DNA of 64,000 nt from an uncultured Actinomycetes bacterium (GCA_963740835.1 CAVUFH010000001.1:214987-278986); one strand, 5' to 3'; positions 28,125 through 37,528 are shown, numbered from the stretch's first letter. Numbers and translations are program-made. Notes: generated from the letters alone by a model not told the origin.

Positions 28125-29249
28125 TCAGGCAGTGGCTGCTTCGCGGTCCTTGGCGACCTCGTCGAGCATCGCGTACTCCTCACCGGTGTCGACCCAGTCC
28201 TCGAACTGGATGACGCCGAGCTCGGTGAAGTTCTTGCGGAGCCAGCCGCCGTTGCGGTCGAGCAGCCCGAGCTTCTTGCAGTTGGGCACGATCTTCGAGA
28301 ACAGGATGTTCTGGAACATCACTCGACCTTCGTCGGCCATGACCAACGAGAGCGCATCCTTCACCGGCACGCCCATGCGGTCCCAGACCTCCTGCTGGAG
28401 GAACCGGTCGCGCATGCGAACCGCAGCCTCGAACGTGAACTCGACCCGGTCCTGCATCTCGGCGTCGGTGAGCTCGGCGTAGTACTCCTTCAACGACAGG
28501 ACGCCGAACGCGACGTGGCGCGCTTCGTCGCTCATGACGTAGCGGAGCAGCTGCTTCAGCAACGGCTCCGTCGTCATCTGGTGCATGAAGCCGAACGCGG
28601 CGAGGGCGAGGCCCTCGACCATGATCTGCATGCCGAGGTACGTCATGTCCCAGCGGCTGTCGGCGAGGATGTCGTCGAGCAGCAAGCGCAGATGCGCGTT
28701 GATCGGGTAGTGACCCGTCAGCTTCTCGTCCAGGTAACGCGCGAAGACCTCGACGTGCCGGGCTTCGTCCATCACCTGCGTCGCGGCGTAGTACTTGGCG
28801 TCGATCCACGGCACGGTCTCGACGATGCGCGCGGTGCAGAGCAGCGCACCCTGCTCGCCGTGCAGGAACTGTGAGAGCGTCCAGTTCTGGCCTTCGATGG
28901 CGAGCTCGATCCACTCCTTCTCGGTCCACTTCGCGAACGGCGTGCCCGACAGGTCGACGGAGTCACTGAAGAAACCGCCGTCTTGGCCTGCGTTCGCGAG
29001 CACAACCGCTTCCTGGTCGACGTCGACCGACCAGTCGAGGTCAGTGGACGCGTTCCACTGCGACGTCTTCGCCTTCTCGTAGAGCTTCACGAGGGGCGTG
29101 CGGCTGCGCTCGTAGTCCCACGTGAACACGGCGTCGAGATTCGCGCCGACTTCGTGCACGACCGCGTCAACATCCTTGTTGGTGATCGAGAGAATCGCCT
29201 CGAGGTCGTTGACGTCTTCGCGCCCGATGAGATCCTTGTTGGTGCTCAT
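28125..29249 (-). CDS. ferritin-like di-iron carboxylate protein (soluble desaturase/oxygenase-like)
   Basis: Four-helix di-iron ligand pattern E...DEARH...E...DEARH (HGEQGA, MDEARHVEVF, MVEGLA, SDEARHVAFG). 374 aa. Confidence 0.78.
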   Translation of the reverse strand: MSTNKDLIGREDVNDLEAILSITNKDVDAVVHEVGANLDAVFTWDYERSRTPLVKLYEKAKTSQWNASTDLDWSVDVDQEAVVLANAGQDGGFFSDSVDLSGTPFAKWTEKEWIELAIEGQNWTLSQFLHGEQGALLCTARIVETVPWIDAKYYAATQVMDEARHVEVFARYLDEKLTGHYPINAHLRLLLDDILADSRWDMTYLGMQIMVEGLALAAFGFMHQMTTEPLLKQLLRYVMSDEARHVAFGVLSLKEYYAELTDAEMQDRVEFTFEAAVRMRDRFLQQEVWDRMGVPVKDALSLVMADEGRVMFQNILFSKIVPNCKKLGLLDRNGGWLRKNFTELGVIQFEDWVDTGEEYAMLDEVAKDREAATA

Positions 29250-29854
29250 GACGGCATGATCCCTTCACTGGGAACGGGCCGTTCGAGGCCCGGGAGGACG
29301 AAGTCCTCGACTAATGCACGGACTCGGAGCGCGTCGAGGAGGTCGGCGGCTTCGGGGCTGCACAGGTACGAGAGGCCGATGCGGACGAGCCACTCGGCCA
29401 GACGAACGGAACGCTCGGCGCCGAGGAACTCCTCGAACGGCGGCGCGAGTCGGCGGGACGCGGCGCCGAGCAGCGCGTCGCCCCAGTCGAACGAGAGGTA
29501 CGGCACGAGCAACTCGGGTTCGACCGCGAGCACGAACCGCAACGCGTCGTGGTCGAGCACGAGTCGCGCGCCGGTGGTGAGCAGGGCGACGGCCGCGTCG
29601 GCCAGCGTGGGCTCGGCCCGGGCCGCGGCGATGATCGCGTCGCTCATGCGCACGGCCTCGCGCTCGATGACGGCGTTGAGCAGCGGCTGCTTGCCGGGGA
29701 ACGACCGGTAGACGGTCGCCCGGGAGCAGCCGGCCTCGCGGGCGACGTCGTCGAGCGTGGTCTTGGCGACGCCCACGCGCGCGAAACACGTCAGCGTCGC
29801 GTCGAGGACCCGCGACGGGAGCTCCCGAGCAGGAAGCTCCTGTTGAGCCGTCAC
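29246..29854 (-). CDS. TetR family transcriptional regulator
   Basis: HTH TTLDDVAREAGCSRATVYRSFPGK. GTG 29854 preceded by GGAG. The stop overlaps the start of the di-iron gene. Confidence 0.85.
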   Translation of the reverse strand: MTAQQELPARELPSRVLDATLTCFARVGVAKTTLDDVAREAGCSRATVYRSFPGKQPLLNAVIEREAVRMSDAIIAAARAEPTLADAAVALLTTGARLVLDHDALRFVLAVEPELLVPYLSFDWGDALLGAASRRLAPPFEEFLGAERSVRLAEWLVRIGLSYLCSPEAADLLDALRVRALVEDFVLPGLERPVPSEGIMPS

Positions 29855-29869
29855 CGAAACTCCATGGAC

Positions 29870-29898
29870 ATGAGACAATAGGGCGATAAGTGTCTCAT
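29870..29898. promoter_or_regulatory. inverted repeat ATGAGACA-N13-TGTCTCAT (candidate TetR operator)
   Basis: Perfect 8-bp arms in the only AT-rich patch of this region, 16 nt upstream of the TetR GTG. Confidence 0.4.
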
Positions 29899-29915
29899 CG
29901 TCAATGTGTCGCAGG

Positions 29916-30449
29916 TCACATATCGGCGGGCGGCACCAGGACCGCCGGGTCGGGCCAGACCACGCGGAGGACGGTGACCGCGGTGCCGTCCGGGGCGACC
30001 TCGTCGGCGGCCTCGACCTCGCTCCCCCTGCGGGCGGCGTAGAACGCCCGGCCGCGGGCATTCGCCTCGAGGACCCAGAGGTACAGACCCCGCCGGGGCC
30101 GCTCCTCGACGACGGCCCGCGCCGACGCCGCGACGAGCCGGGTCCCGAGCCCGCGCCGCTGCCAGCCGGTGCGGACGTGCAGGTTGTCCAGCAGCGCGCC
30201 CCACGTCGGATCGTCGTCGAGGACCGTGTGCACGAAGCCGACGAGCTCGGCCGCGTGCGCGGCCACGACCGTACGGGCGTCGGGTCGCGGCTGCGCGAAG
30301 CGTTCGGTCCACGCGGACAGCCGTTCGATGGGCGCGTCGCAGTCGAGGTACTCGTCGGTGTAGATGCCGCGGTAGCTGCGACGCCAACTGTCGGCGTGCA
30401 ATCGAGCGATCGCTTCGGCGTCAGCGGTTGTCGCGACGCGCAGCTCCAC
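29916..30449 (-). CDS. GNAT family N-acetyltransferase
   Basis: 177 aa with acetyl-CoA-binding motif WQRRGLGTRL and typical GNAT beta-strand pattern (LYLWVLEANARGRAFY). Confidence 0.85.
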   Translation of the reverse strand: MELRVATTADAEAIARLHADSWRRSYRGIYTDEYLDCDAPIERLSAWTERFAQPRPDARTVVAAHAAELVGFVHTVLDDDPTWGALLDNLHVRTGWQRRGLGTRLVAASARAVVEERPRRGLYLWVLEANARGRAFYAARRGSEVEAADEVAPDGTAVTVLRVVWPDPAVLVPPADM

Positions 30450-30452
30450 GCG

Positions 30453-31040
30453 TCAGCTCGCGATGCCGCCGAGGAGCTCGGCACGGACGAGCTCGCGGAC
30501 CTGGTCGTCGTCCTCGAGGTCCCAGCGACCGGGCGTGCCGATGAGCGAGAGGATGCCGCGCGCGAGGTAGTCGGCCGCGCGCTCGATGTCGACGTCGTCG
30601 CGCAGCCGCGCGTTGCGCGCCTCGCGTTCGAGGTACGGCATGAGGAAGCTCGCGATGAACGGGAGCGACTTCGTCGACTCCGTGGTGAGCAGCGGCAGCA
30701 GGCGTTCGGGTTCGGTGTCGAGCATCTTGCGCAACACCTCGTGCTCCTGCACCGACTGGTGCGCGAACTCGAGCCCGAGGCGGAGCAGCTCGGTGAGGTC
30801 GGGCGCGTCGCGCACGCGGTCGCCGAGCTCGATGAAGAAGCGACCGATCTCCCAGGCGACCGTTTCTCGGAGCAACTCGTCGCGGCCGCCGGGGAAGTGG
30901 CGGTAGATGGTGGCGCGGGAGATGCCGGACGCCTTCACGACGTCCTCGACCGTTGTCTTGGCCAGGCCGAACCGGGCGATGCACGTGTACGTCGCCTCGA
31001 GCAGGCGGTCGCGCATCGTCAGCGGATCGGAGGCGGCCAT
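30453..31040 (-). CDS. TetR family transcriptional regulator, divergent from bioA (BioQ-like by position)
   Basis: HTH TTVEDVVKASGISRATIYRHFPGG. Start ambiguous (ATG at 31040, 31049 or 31070). Confidence 0.85.
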   Translation of the reverse strand: MAASDPLTMRDRLLEATYTCIARFGLAKTTVEDVVKASGISRATIYRHFPGGRDELLRETVAWEIGRFFIELGDRVRDAPDLTELLRLGLEFAHQSVQEHEVLRKMLDTEPERLLPLLTTESTKSLPFIASFLMPYLEREARNARLRDDVDIERAADYLARGILSLIGTPGRWDLEDDDQVRELVRAELLGGIAS

Positions 31041-31137
31041 GCCCCACATGATTGCACCCGCATATTGCATCCGAGCGCGCCCAAGCGGGTCGCGATGCGT
31101 TCAGAAGTGGGTTCACGGCAAACAGTAGGTTGACGCC

Positions 31138-32427
31138 GTGACGGACAACGGCTGGGTGAAGCGCGATGCCGCGGTGGTGTGGCACGGGTTCACCCAGATG
31201 GCGACGTACGCCGACAACCATCCGATCATCGTCGAACGAGCCGAGGGTCACGAGCTGATCGGCGTCGACGGCAAGCGCTACCTGGACGCGATCTCGTCAT
31301 TGTGGGTCACCACGCTCGGCCACTGCGTGCCCGAGCTCGACGATGCCGTGCGGCAGCAACTCGATCGCGGCGCCCACTCCACGATGTTGGGGAACGGCAA
31401 CCGCGCCGTGGTCGAACTGTCGGAAGCGCTGGCGCGCGTCGTGCCCGTTGCCGACCCGCACTTCGTCTACGCGTCCGACGGTGCCGCCGCGGTCGAGCAG
31501 GCACTGAAGATCGCGTGGCAGTACTGGACGAACCGCGGCGAGACGCGATCGACGTACCTCGCGTTCGGCGGTGCGTACCACGGCGACACGATCGGTGCCT
31601 TGTCACTCGGCGACAGTGGCTTCGGCACCGACATCTTCGATCCGCTGCGCTTCCCTGTGTTGCGCGCGCCGGAGTTCGCCGCACCCGACTGCTTCGACGT
31701 CGCGATCGCGATGGTCGAAGCACACGCCGACGAGCTGGCGGCGGTGATCGTCGAGCCGCTGGTACAAGGTGCGGCCGGCATGCAGCTCGCCGACCCGCAC
31801 GGCCTCGCCGGGCTCGGTGCCGCGTGCCGCGCCCACGAAGTGCTGCTCATCTGCGACGAGGTCGCGACCGGGTTCGGCCGCACCGGCACCCTCTTCGCGT
31901 CCGAGCAGTGCGGCCTGGCTCCCGACCTGATGTGCCTCGGCAAGGGCATCACCGGCGGGTACCTCGCGATGTCGGCGACGGTCGCGAGCGGTCGCGTGTT
32001 CGACGCGTTCCTCGGCGCCGATCTCGGCCCGCGCACGCTGTACCACGGGCACTCGTACGGCGGGAACGCGCTCGCGGCGGCGGTCGCGCTGCGGCACCTC
32101 GAGCTGATCGAGGCGTGGGATGTCCTCGCGAACGTCCGTGAACGGTCCGCCGAGCTCGGCGCGCGGTTGCACGACCGCGTCGCGTCGAAGCCGGCCGTGC
32201 ACGAGGTGCGGCTGTGCGGGCTCATGGGTGGCATCGAGCTCGCGCCACCGGGCGACGGACTCCGCTACGGGCGACGCGTTTCCGCGGCCGCCACCGAACG
32301 TGGTGTGCTCCTGCGGCCGCTCGGTGATGTCGTCGTGCTGATGCCGCCGCTCACGGTCACCTCGGCCGAGATCCATCGAATCGTCGACACACTCGCCCTT
32401 GCCATCGACGAGGTCGCGGCGTCGTGA
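31138..32427 (+). CDS. bioA: adenosylmethionine-8-amino-7-oxononanoate aminotransferase
   Basis: Class III PLP aminotransferase, 429 aa (VWHGFTQM, LICDEVATGFGRTG, CLGKGITGGY). GTG start. Confidence 0.93.
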   Translation: MTDNGWVKRDAAVVWHGFTQMATYADNHPIIVERAEGHELIGVDGKRYLDAISSLWVTTLGHCVPELDDAVRQQLDRGAHSTMLGNGNRAVVELSEALARVVPVADPHFVYASDGAAAVEQALKIAWQYWTNRGETRSTYLAFGGAYHGDTIGALSLGDSGFGTDIFDPLRFPVLRAPEFAAPDCFDVAIAMVEAHADELAAVIVEPLVQGAAGMQLADPHGLAGLGAACRAHEVLLICDEVATGFGRTGTLFASEQCGLAPDLMCLGKGITGGYLAMSATVASGRVFDAFLGADLGPRTLYHGHSYGGNALAAAVALRHLELIEAWDVLANVRERSAELGARLHDRVASKPAVHEVRLCGLMGGIELAPPGDGLRYGRRVSAAATERGVLLRPLGDVVVLMPPLTVTSAEIHRIVDTLALAIDEVAAS

Positions 32428-33550
32428 CGTGGCAGGAGTGGGCGCACGGCGCACGCGCGATCCATCCGCGACACAGGCCGGTGGCGCGCGCCGCGCGATC
32501 TCGACGCGCGAGGTCCGGTGGGACGGCTCCCGGACGGCCGCGTCGTCGTCTCCTTCGCGTCGAACGACTACCTCGGCCTCACCGCGCACCCGCGTGTCGT
32601 CGCGGCTGCGCACGAAGCCCTCGATCGTTGGGGCGCGGGCGCGGGCTCGGCCCGGTTGATCGTCGGCTCGCGACCGGTCCACTCCCTGCTCGAAGCCGAG
32701 CTCGCGGCCTGGAAGCAAGCACCGCGTGCGGCGCTGTTCCCCACGGGCTTCGCGGCCAACCTCGGCGTGCTCACCGCGTTCGGTGCGCCCGACGTGCTCG
32801 TCTGCTCGGACGAGCTGAACCACGCGTCGATCATCGACGGCTGCCGGTTGAGCAGAGCGGACGTTGCGATCTTCCGCCACCGAGACCTCGATCATCTCGC
32901 CGCGCTGCTCGCCGGGCGCGGCGCTCGCCGCGCGATCATCGTGAGCGACACCGTGTTCTCGATGGACGGCGACGCGGCCGATCTCGATGCGCTCGTCGCC
33001 ATCGGGGCGCGCAACGACGCGCTGCTCGTGCTCGACGAGGCGCACGGAGTGCTCGGGCCCGCACTCGGCGCGCCACCCGACGCCGACATCCTGCGCGTCG
33101 GCACACTGTCGAAGACGTTGGGATCCCTCGGCGGGTTCATCGCCGGGCCCGCGCGCGTACATCGAGCTCGTCGTGAACACCGCCCGTCCGTACATCTTCA
33201 CGACCGCGCCGACCCCGGCCGACGCGGCCGCGGCGCGGGCCGCGCTCGCGGTGCTCTGCAGCCCTGAAGGCGTGCAGCTCGTTCATCGCCTACGCGCGCT
33301 CGTCGACCGATTGCGACCCGGCCACGCTTCACCGATCATCCCGTTCCTCTGTGGCGACGAAGGACGCGCACTCGCCGCGGCGGCCGCGCTCCTGGAACAC
33401 GGCGTGCTCGTGCCCGCGATCCGGCCACCGACCGTCGCGCCCGGGAGTTCGCGGTTGCGCGTGACGCTGTCGGCCGCGCACACCGACGAACAGGTCGAGC
33501 AACTCGAGCACGCGCTCGCCGCGGCGTTCGGCTCGCTCCCGTCGCGGTGA
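32424..33550 (+). pseudogene. bioF: 8-amino-7-oxononanoate synthase BioF, reading frame broken (certain near 33151, probable near 32460)
   Basis: ...FASNDYLGLTAHPRV...DEAHGVLG...TLSKTLGSLGGFIAGP (ORF 32518-33267) continues as RAYIELVVNTARPYIFTTAPTPAD... in ORF 32987-33550. A GTG at 32424 overlapping the bioA stop opens a third frame (VTWQEWAHGARA). The span is 1127 nt = 375 codons + 2. Confidence 0.85.
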
Positions 33551-34164
33551 TCGTCCTCGTCGCCGGCACCGGTACCGATGTCGGCAAGACGTGGGTGACG
33601 GCAGCAACGGTCGGCGCGCTCCGCGCCCGCAACCGCTCGGTGCGCGCGCACAAACCGGCGCAGTCGTTCGCGCCCGAGGACACGTGCACCGACGCACACG
33701 TGCTCGCCGCGGCCACCGGCCAACGGCCGGATGCGGTGTGTCCGCCCGCACGCTGGTTCCCGGTACCTATGGCGCCGCCCATGGCCGCCGCTGCGCTGGA
33801 CCGACCGCAGTTCACGATCGCCGACCTTGTCGCCGAATTGCCACCCGACGACGTCGACGTCGTGTTCGTGGAGAGCGCCGGCGGTGTGCGCTCCCCTCTC
33901 GCCGACGACGGCGACACCGTGACCCTCGCCGACGCCTGCGCACCCGCGCGCGTGGTGCTCGTCGCCGACGCCGGACTGGGCACGATCAACGCGGTGCGGC
34001 TCGCGGCCGACGCGCTCGCGCGCCATCCCGTCGTCGTGCACCTCAATCGCTACGACCCCGCGACCGACCTGCACCGACGCAACCGCGACTGGCTGGTGCA
34101 ACGCGAGTGCCTCGAGGTCGTCACCGACCCCGAGGCCCTCGCGAGCTTCCTCGTCGGCCGTTAA
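33547..34164 (+). CDS. bioD: dethiobiotin synthetase
   Basis: P-loop GTGTDVGKT and ESAGG motif. 205 aa. The GTG start overlaps the bioF stop. Confidence 0.9.
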   Translation: MIVLVAGTGTDVGKTWVTAATVGALRARNRSVRAHKPAQSFAPEDTCTDAHVLAAATGQRPDAVCPPARWFPVPMAPPMAAAALDRPQFTIADLVAELPPDDVDVVFVESAGGVRSPLADDGDTVTLADACAPARVVLVADAGLGTINAVRLAADALARHPVVVHLNRYDPATDLHRRNRDWLVQRECLEVVTDPEALASFLVGR

Positions 34165-35552
34165 CCGTTGATCAGGTTGGGCGGCGTGATGCTCGCGGTC
34201 TTGCCGTCGAGCTTCTGCAGGTCGCCGAGCGTCTTGAAGTAGCCGCCGGCGGTCGTGTACTGCACGAGGTTGAACTCCTCGGCCAGGAACCAGTCGTCGG
34301 CGCCGACCGTCCACTGCGCGGCCGGCAGCTGCAAGGCGACGCCCTTCGCCTGGGTGATCGTCCGCATCGCCTGCATCACCGCGAGTCGGTTCGGTTCCTT
34401 GACCTTGCCGAGCGCGTCCTCGAGCAACGCCGCGGTCGTCCAGCCGTACGCCACGATGCCGTTGCCGACGTCGGCTTCGGGCGCGTACTTGGGCACTTGC
34501 GCCTTGTACAAGGCCATGGCGTCGTTGTTCGCCCACTGCGGATCGTTCGGGTCCATCAACGGCGTGACGCTGAGGACGTCGTTGCCGTTGGCGCCGGCGA
34601 TGGACATGAGCGTCTTCGAGGTGCACGTGCCCGACATGTACACGAGCGGCTTCCAGCTCGAGGAGCCGAGCTGGTTGAGCGCGGTCGGGCATGCGAGCAG
34701 CGTGGCACCCAGCACGAAGACGTCCGCGTTGCTCGCGGCCAGCGCGGTCATCTGCGACGTCACGTCACCGGTCTCGGTGTCGTAGCTCTGCTCCGCCTTG
34801 ATCGTGAGGTCGGTGCCCTTCACCAACGCCTTCAGCGTCTCCGAGTACGAGGCACCGAAGTCGTCGTTGGCCCGAAGGATCGCGATCGTCGCGTTCGGCT
34901 TGTTCGCTTTCAAGTACGTGACGAGTGCCTGCATCTCGTCGGGATACGGGACCAGCTCGGTGCCGATGAGCCACGGATAGTCGTGGTTGCCCCACTGCGG
35001 CGCACCCGACGCCGCGAACAGGTTCGGCACACATTGCTCGCCGAGGTAGTCGCGGATCGCGAGGTTGTTCTTCGTGCCCACGACGTTGAACAGCGCGAAC
35101 ACGTCGTCGTTCTCGACGAGCGATTGCACGTTCGAGAAGGTCTTCTGCGCGTCGTACGCGTCATCTTGCGCGTCGAGGTCGACCTTGTACTTCTTCCCCG
35201 CGATCTCGACGCCACCCTTGGTGTCGTTGATGTAGTCGAAGTAGGCCTTCTCGCCGTTCAGGATCTCCGAGAACGCGGCGTAGATGCCGGACTGCGGGAG
35301 GCTGGTGCCGAGCTTGATCGTGTCGCCGCTGAGCGTGACGGTGCTCGGGTCGGTCGTGCAGTTGCCGGTGTCGATGTCGAAGCCGCCGCCCGAGCTCGCG
35401 CCGGCCGACGACGAGCTGCCGTTGCCGCTGCTGCTGTCGTCGTCGTCACCTCGCCCGTTCCCGCACGCGGCGAGGACGACAGCGAGCACCGTCGCCAGAA
35501 CGACGAAGCGAGAGGCGCCGACACGAGAGTGATGGCCTCGTTCGAGTCGCAT
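34161..35552 (-). CDS. ABC transporter substrate-binding lipoprotein (branched-chain amino acid/LivK-like, type I PBP)
   Basis: Signal peptide with lipobox VLAAC, Ser/Gly linker, then a periplasmic-binding fold. Last gene of the liv-type operon. Confidence 0.85.
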   Translation of the reverse strand: MRLERGHHSRVGASRFVVLATVLAVVLAACGNGRGDDDDSSSGNGSSSSAGASSGGGFDIDTGNCTTDPSTVTLSGDTIKLGTSLPQSGIYAAFSEILNGEKAYFDYINDTKGGVEIAGKKYKVDLDAQDDAYDAQKTFSNVQSLVENDDVFALFNVVGTKNNLAIRDYLGEQCVPNLFAASGAPQWGNHDYPWLIGTELVPYPDEMQALVTYLKANKPNATIAILRANDDFGASYSETLKALVKGTDLTIKAEQSYDTETGDVTSQMTALAASNADVFVLGATLLACPTALNQLGSSSWKPLVYMSGTCTSKTLMSIAGANGNDVLSVTPLMDPNDPQWANNDAMALYKAQVPKYAPEADVGNGIVAYGWTTAALLEDALGKVKEPNRLAVMQAMRTITQAKGVALQLPAAQWTVGADDWFLAEEFNLVQYTTAGGYFKTLGDLQKLDGKTASITPPNLING

Positions 35553-35567
35553 AGATCTTCCTTTCGG

Positions 35568-36650
35568 TCAGGACGCCAGCGGTGTCGGTGGAGCGGGTCC
35601 CCGCCGCCCCAGGAAGCGGCGAATCCCTCGTCGCGCGCCGCCAAGGATTCCGTCAGGCAGGACGTACATCAAGACGATCAGGGCGATGCCGAAGATCGCC
35701 GGGGAGAGCAGCTTCGCACGGTTCGGGTCGGAGAACAGGTCACTCAGCGATCGGCTCTCGTCGATCTGGTGCTGGAGGAACACGATGATGAAGCCGCCGA
35801 GCATGGGGCCGAACACCGTTGCGGCGCCACCGACCACGACCGCGACGAGGAACTCGATCGACAGCTGGAAGGTCCCGACCTTCGTCGCGTCAGCCGATCG
35901 CGTCGCGAGCACCGACAACGATCCCGCGCCGCCGGCGTAAAGCGCGCTCAGCGCGAACGCCGTCACCTTCACCTGGGCGAGATTGATGCCGACGGTCTCG
36001 GCCGCGGCCTCGTGGTCGCGCACGGCAATGAGCGAACGACCGAACCGGCCGCGTGCCATGAAGAACACCAACGCCAGGAGCACCAGGCCGACCACCAGCG
36101 TGAGGTAGTACGCGTACTGGTCCGGGTCGCCGACCCACTTGTCGAAGAAGCTCGCGATTCGATCGGGGAACACGTAGTACCAGTCGGGGACGCTCACCTC
36201 GTTGGCCTTCAGAATCACGAGGTTGGTGCCGCCGGTGCCGTTCACGAACTTCTCGGTGAGGTCCGGGAACAGCACCGCGAGCCCGAGCGTGACCAGCGCG
36301 AGGTAGAGCCCCTTGACCCGCAACGCGGGGAAGCCGATGAGCGCACCGACCACGAAGCACAGCGCCATCGCGACCGGCAAAGTCGGCAGGAAGTTCCAGC
36401 CGTGGTCCGAGATGAGAATCGCGCTCGTGTACGCACCGAGGCCGAAGAATGCACCGTGACCGATAGAGACCTGGCCGTTGTAGCCCGTCAGGATGTTGAG
36501 ACCGGTCGCGGCGATGCCGACATACAGCGCCTGCGTCCAGAGCCGCACATCGCTCGCGTCGTGCGTCTGCGCGACCCAATAGCCGAAGATGTAGACGAAG
36601 AAGACCGTGACGGCCAACGACGCGAGGATGCGGCCGACCCGGGGGCTCAT
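35568..36650 (-). CDS. livM: branched-chain amino acid ABC transporter permease (LivM type)
   Basis: 360 aa polytopic protein (NILTGYNGQVSIGHGAFFGLGAY...). The start overlaps the livH stop (ATGA). Confidence 0.85.
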   Translation of the reverse strand: MSPRVGRILASLAVTVFFVYIFGYWVAQTHDASDVRLWTQALYVGIAATGLNILTGYNGQVSIGHGAFFGLGAYTSAILISDHGWNFLPTLPVAMALCFVVGALIGFPALRVKGLYLALVTLGLAVLFPDLTEKFVNGTGGTNLVILKANEVSVPDWYYVFPDRIASFFDKWVGDPDQYAYYLTLVVGLVLLALVFFMARGRFGRSLIAVRDHEAAAETVGINLAQVKVTAFALSALYAGGAGSLSVLATRSADATKVGTFQLSIEFLVAVVVGGAATVFGPMLGGFIIVFLQHQIDESRSLSDLFSDPNRAKLLSPAIFGIALIVLMYVLPDGILGGARRGIRRFLGRRGPAPPTPLAS

Positions 36651-37528
36651 ACGCGCTCCACGTGGACCTTGCCGAACAGGCCCGCGGGCCGGAACAGCAA
36701 CACGAGCAGGATGAGCCCGAACGGCACGACGAGCTCGATGCCGTCGAGGAACCCGATGTACTGGACCGTGAGTGCGTTCGCGACACCGACGATCAGACCG
36801 CCGACGACCGCGCCGAGCGGGCTGTCGAAGCCGCCGAGCGCGGCGGCCGCGAACGCGTAGACGAGGATCGATTGCATCGACGCGGCCGTGAGCGCCGTCG
36901 TGGTGGGGATGACGAGCGATCCGGCGATGGCACCGAGCGCGGCGGCGAGCCCCCATCCGAGCATCAACATCGTGCCGACCGACACGCCGACGAGCCGGCT
37001 CGAATCCGGGTTCGATGCGACCGCGCGCAACGCGAGCCCGACCTTCGTCTTCTGCAAGAGCAGGTACAGCAGCAGGCACTCGACCGCGAGGACCACGATG
37101 AGCACGAGCGTGTCCGCGCGGACGGTGACGCCGCCGGGGTGCCAGCTGTGGTTGGGATAGGCGCGCGGTACGAGCTCGGCATCGACGCCGAAGATCACTT
37201 GCGACAGCGAGTTGAACGCGAGGAACAGCCCGATCGTCACGATGACGATCACGAGTGGCGACGAGCGTTCGACCGGGCGCATCACGAAGCGCTCGACGGC
37301 GGCACCGCCGACAAAAGAGAGCACCACCGTGACGAGGATCGCGAGCCACACGGGCAGACCTCGTTCGGTGAACCAGAACATGACGTACGTCGAGAACAGG
37401 GCCATCTCGCCCTGGGCGAAGTTGAGGATGCCCGTGGTTCGGTAGATGAGCACCAACGCGAGTGCGAGCGACGCGTACACGACACCCTGCCCGATGCCGT
37501 TCATGACCTGGGAAAGGAACAACGTCAT
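36647..37528 (-). CDS. livH: branched-chain amino acid ABC transporter permease (LivH type)
   Basis: 293 aa from MTLFLSQVMNGIGQGVVYASLAL..., typical LivH N-terminus and TM pattern. Confidence 0.85.
   Translation of the reverse strand: MTLFLSQVMNGIGQGVVYASLALALVLIYRTTGILNFAQGEMALFSTYVMFWFTERGLPVWLAILVTVVLSFVGGAAVERFVMRPVERSSPLVIVIVTIGLFLAFNSLSQVIFGVDAELVPRAYPNHSWHPGGVTVRADTLVLIVVLAVECLLLYLLLQKTKVGLALRAVASNPDSSRLVGVSVGTMLMLGWGLAAALGAIAGSLVIPTTTALTAASMQSILVYAFAAAALGGFDSPLGAVVGGLIVGVANALTVQYIGFLDGIELVVPFGLILLVLLFRPAGLFGKVHVERV

Noticed and set aside
28301-28320. Palindrome AGAACAGGATGTTCT and several GAAC-N5/N7/N8-GTTC arrangements (for example 9903, 23050, 38710, 40303).
   Set aside because: All are intragenic with the wrong half-site spacing for LexA. 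They are most simply codon-driven coincidences (GAAC/GTTC are frequent in Glu-Asn/Val-Phe-rich coding DNA).
33591-36860. Very long track ORFs: 33591-36860 (1089 aa), 37573-39948 (791 aa), 41533-43689 (718 aa), 53529-55538 (669 aa), 8109-10061 (650 aa), 14050-15912 (620 aa), 21656-23446 (596 aa) and many shorter ones.
   Set aside because: All lie antisense or out of frame to genes with unmistakable family signatures (liv operon, pnp, kinase, hflX, recA, ftsK). Their translations are Arg/Ala/Gly/Pro-rich low-complexity strings, typical of stop-poor alternative frames in 70% GC DNA.
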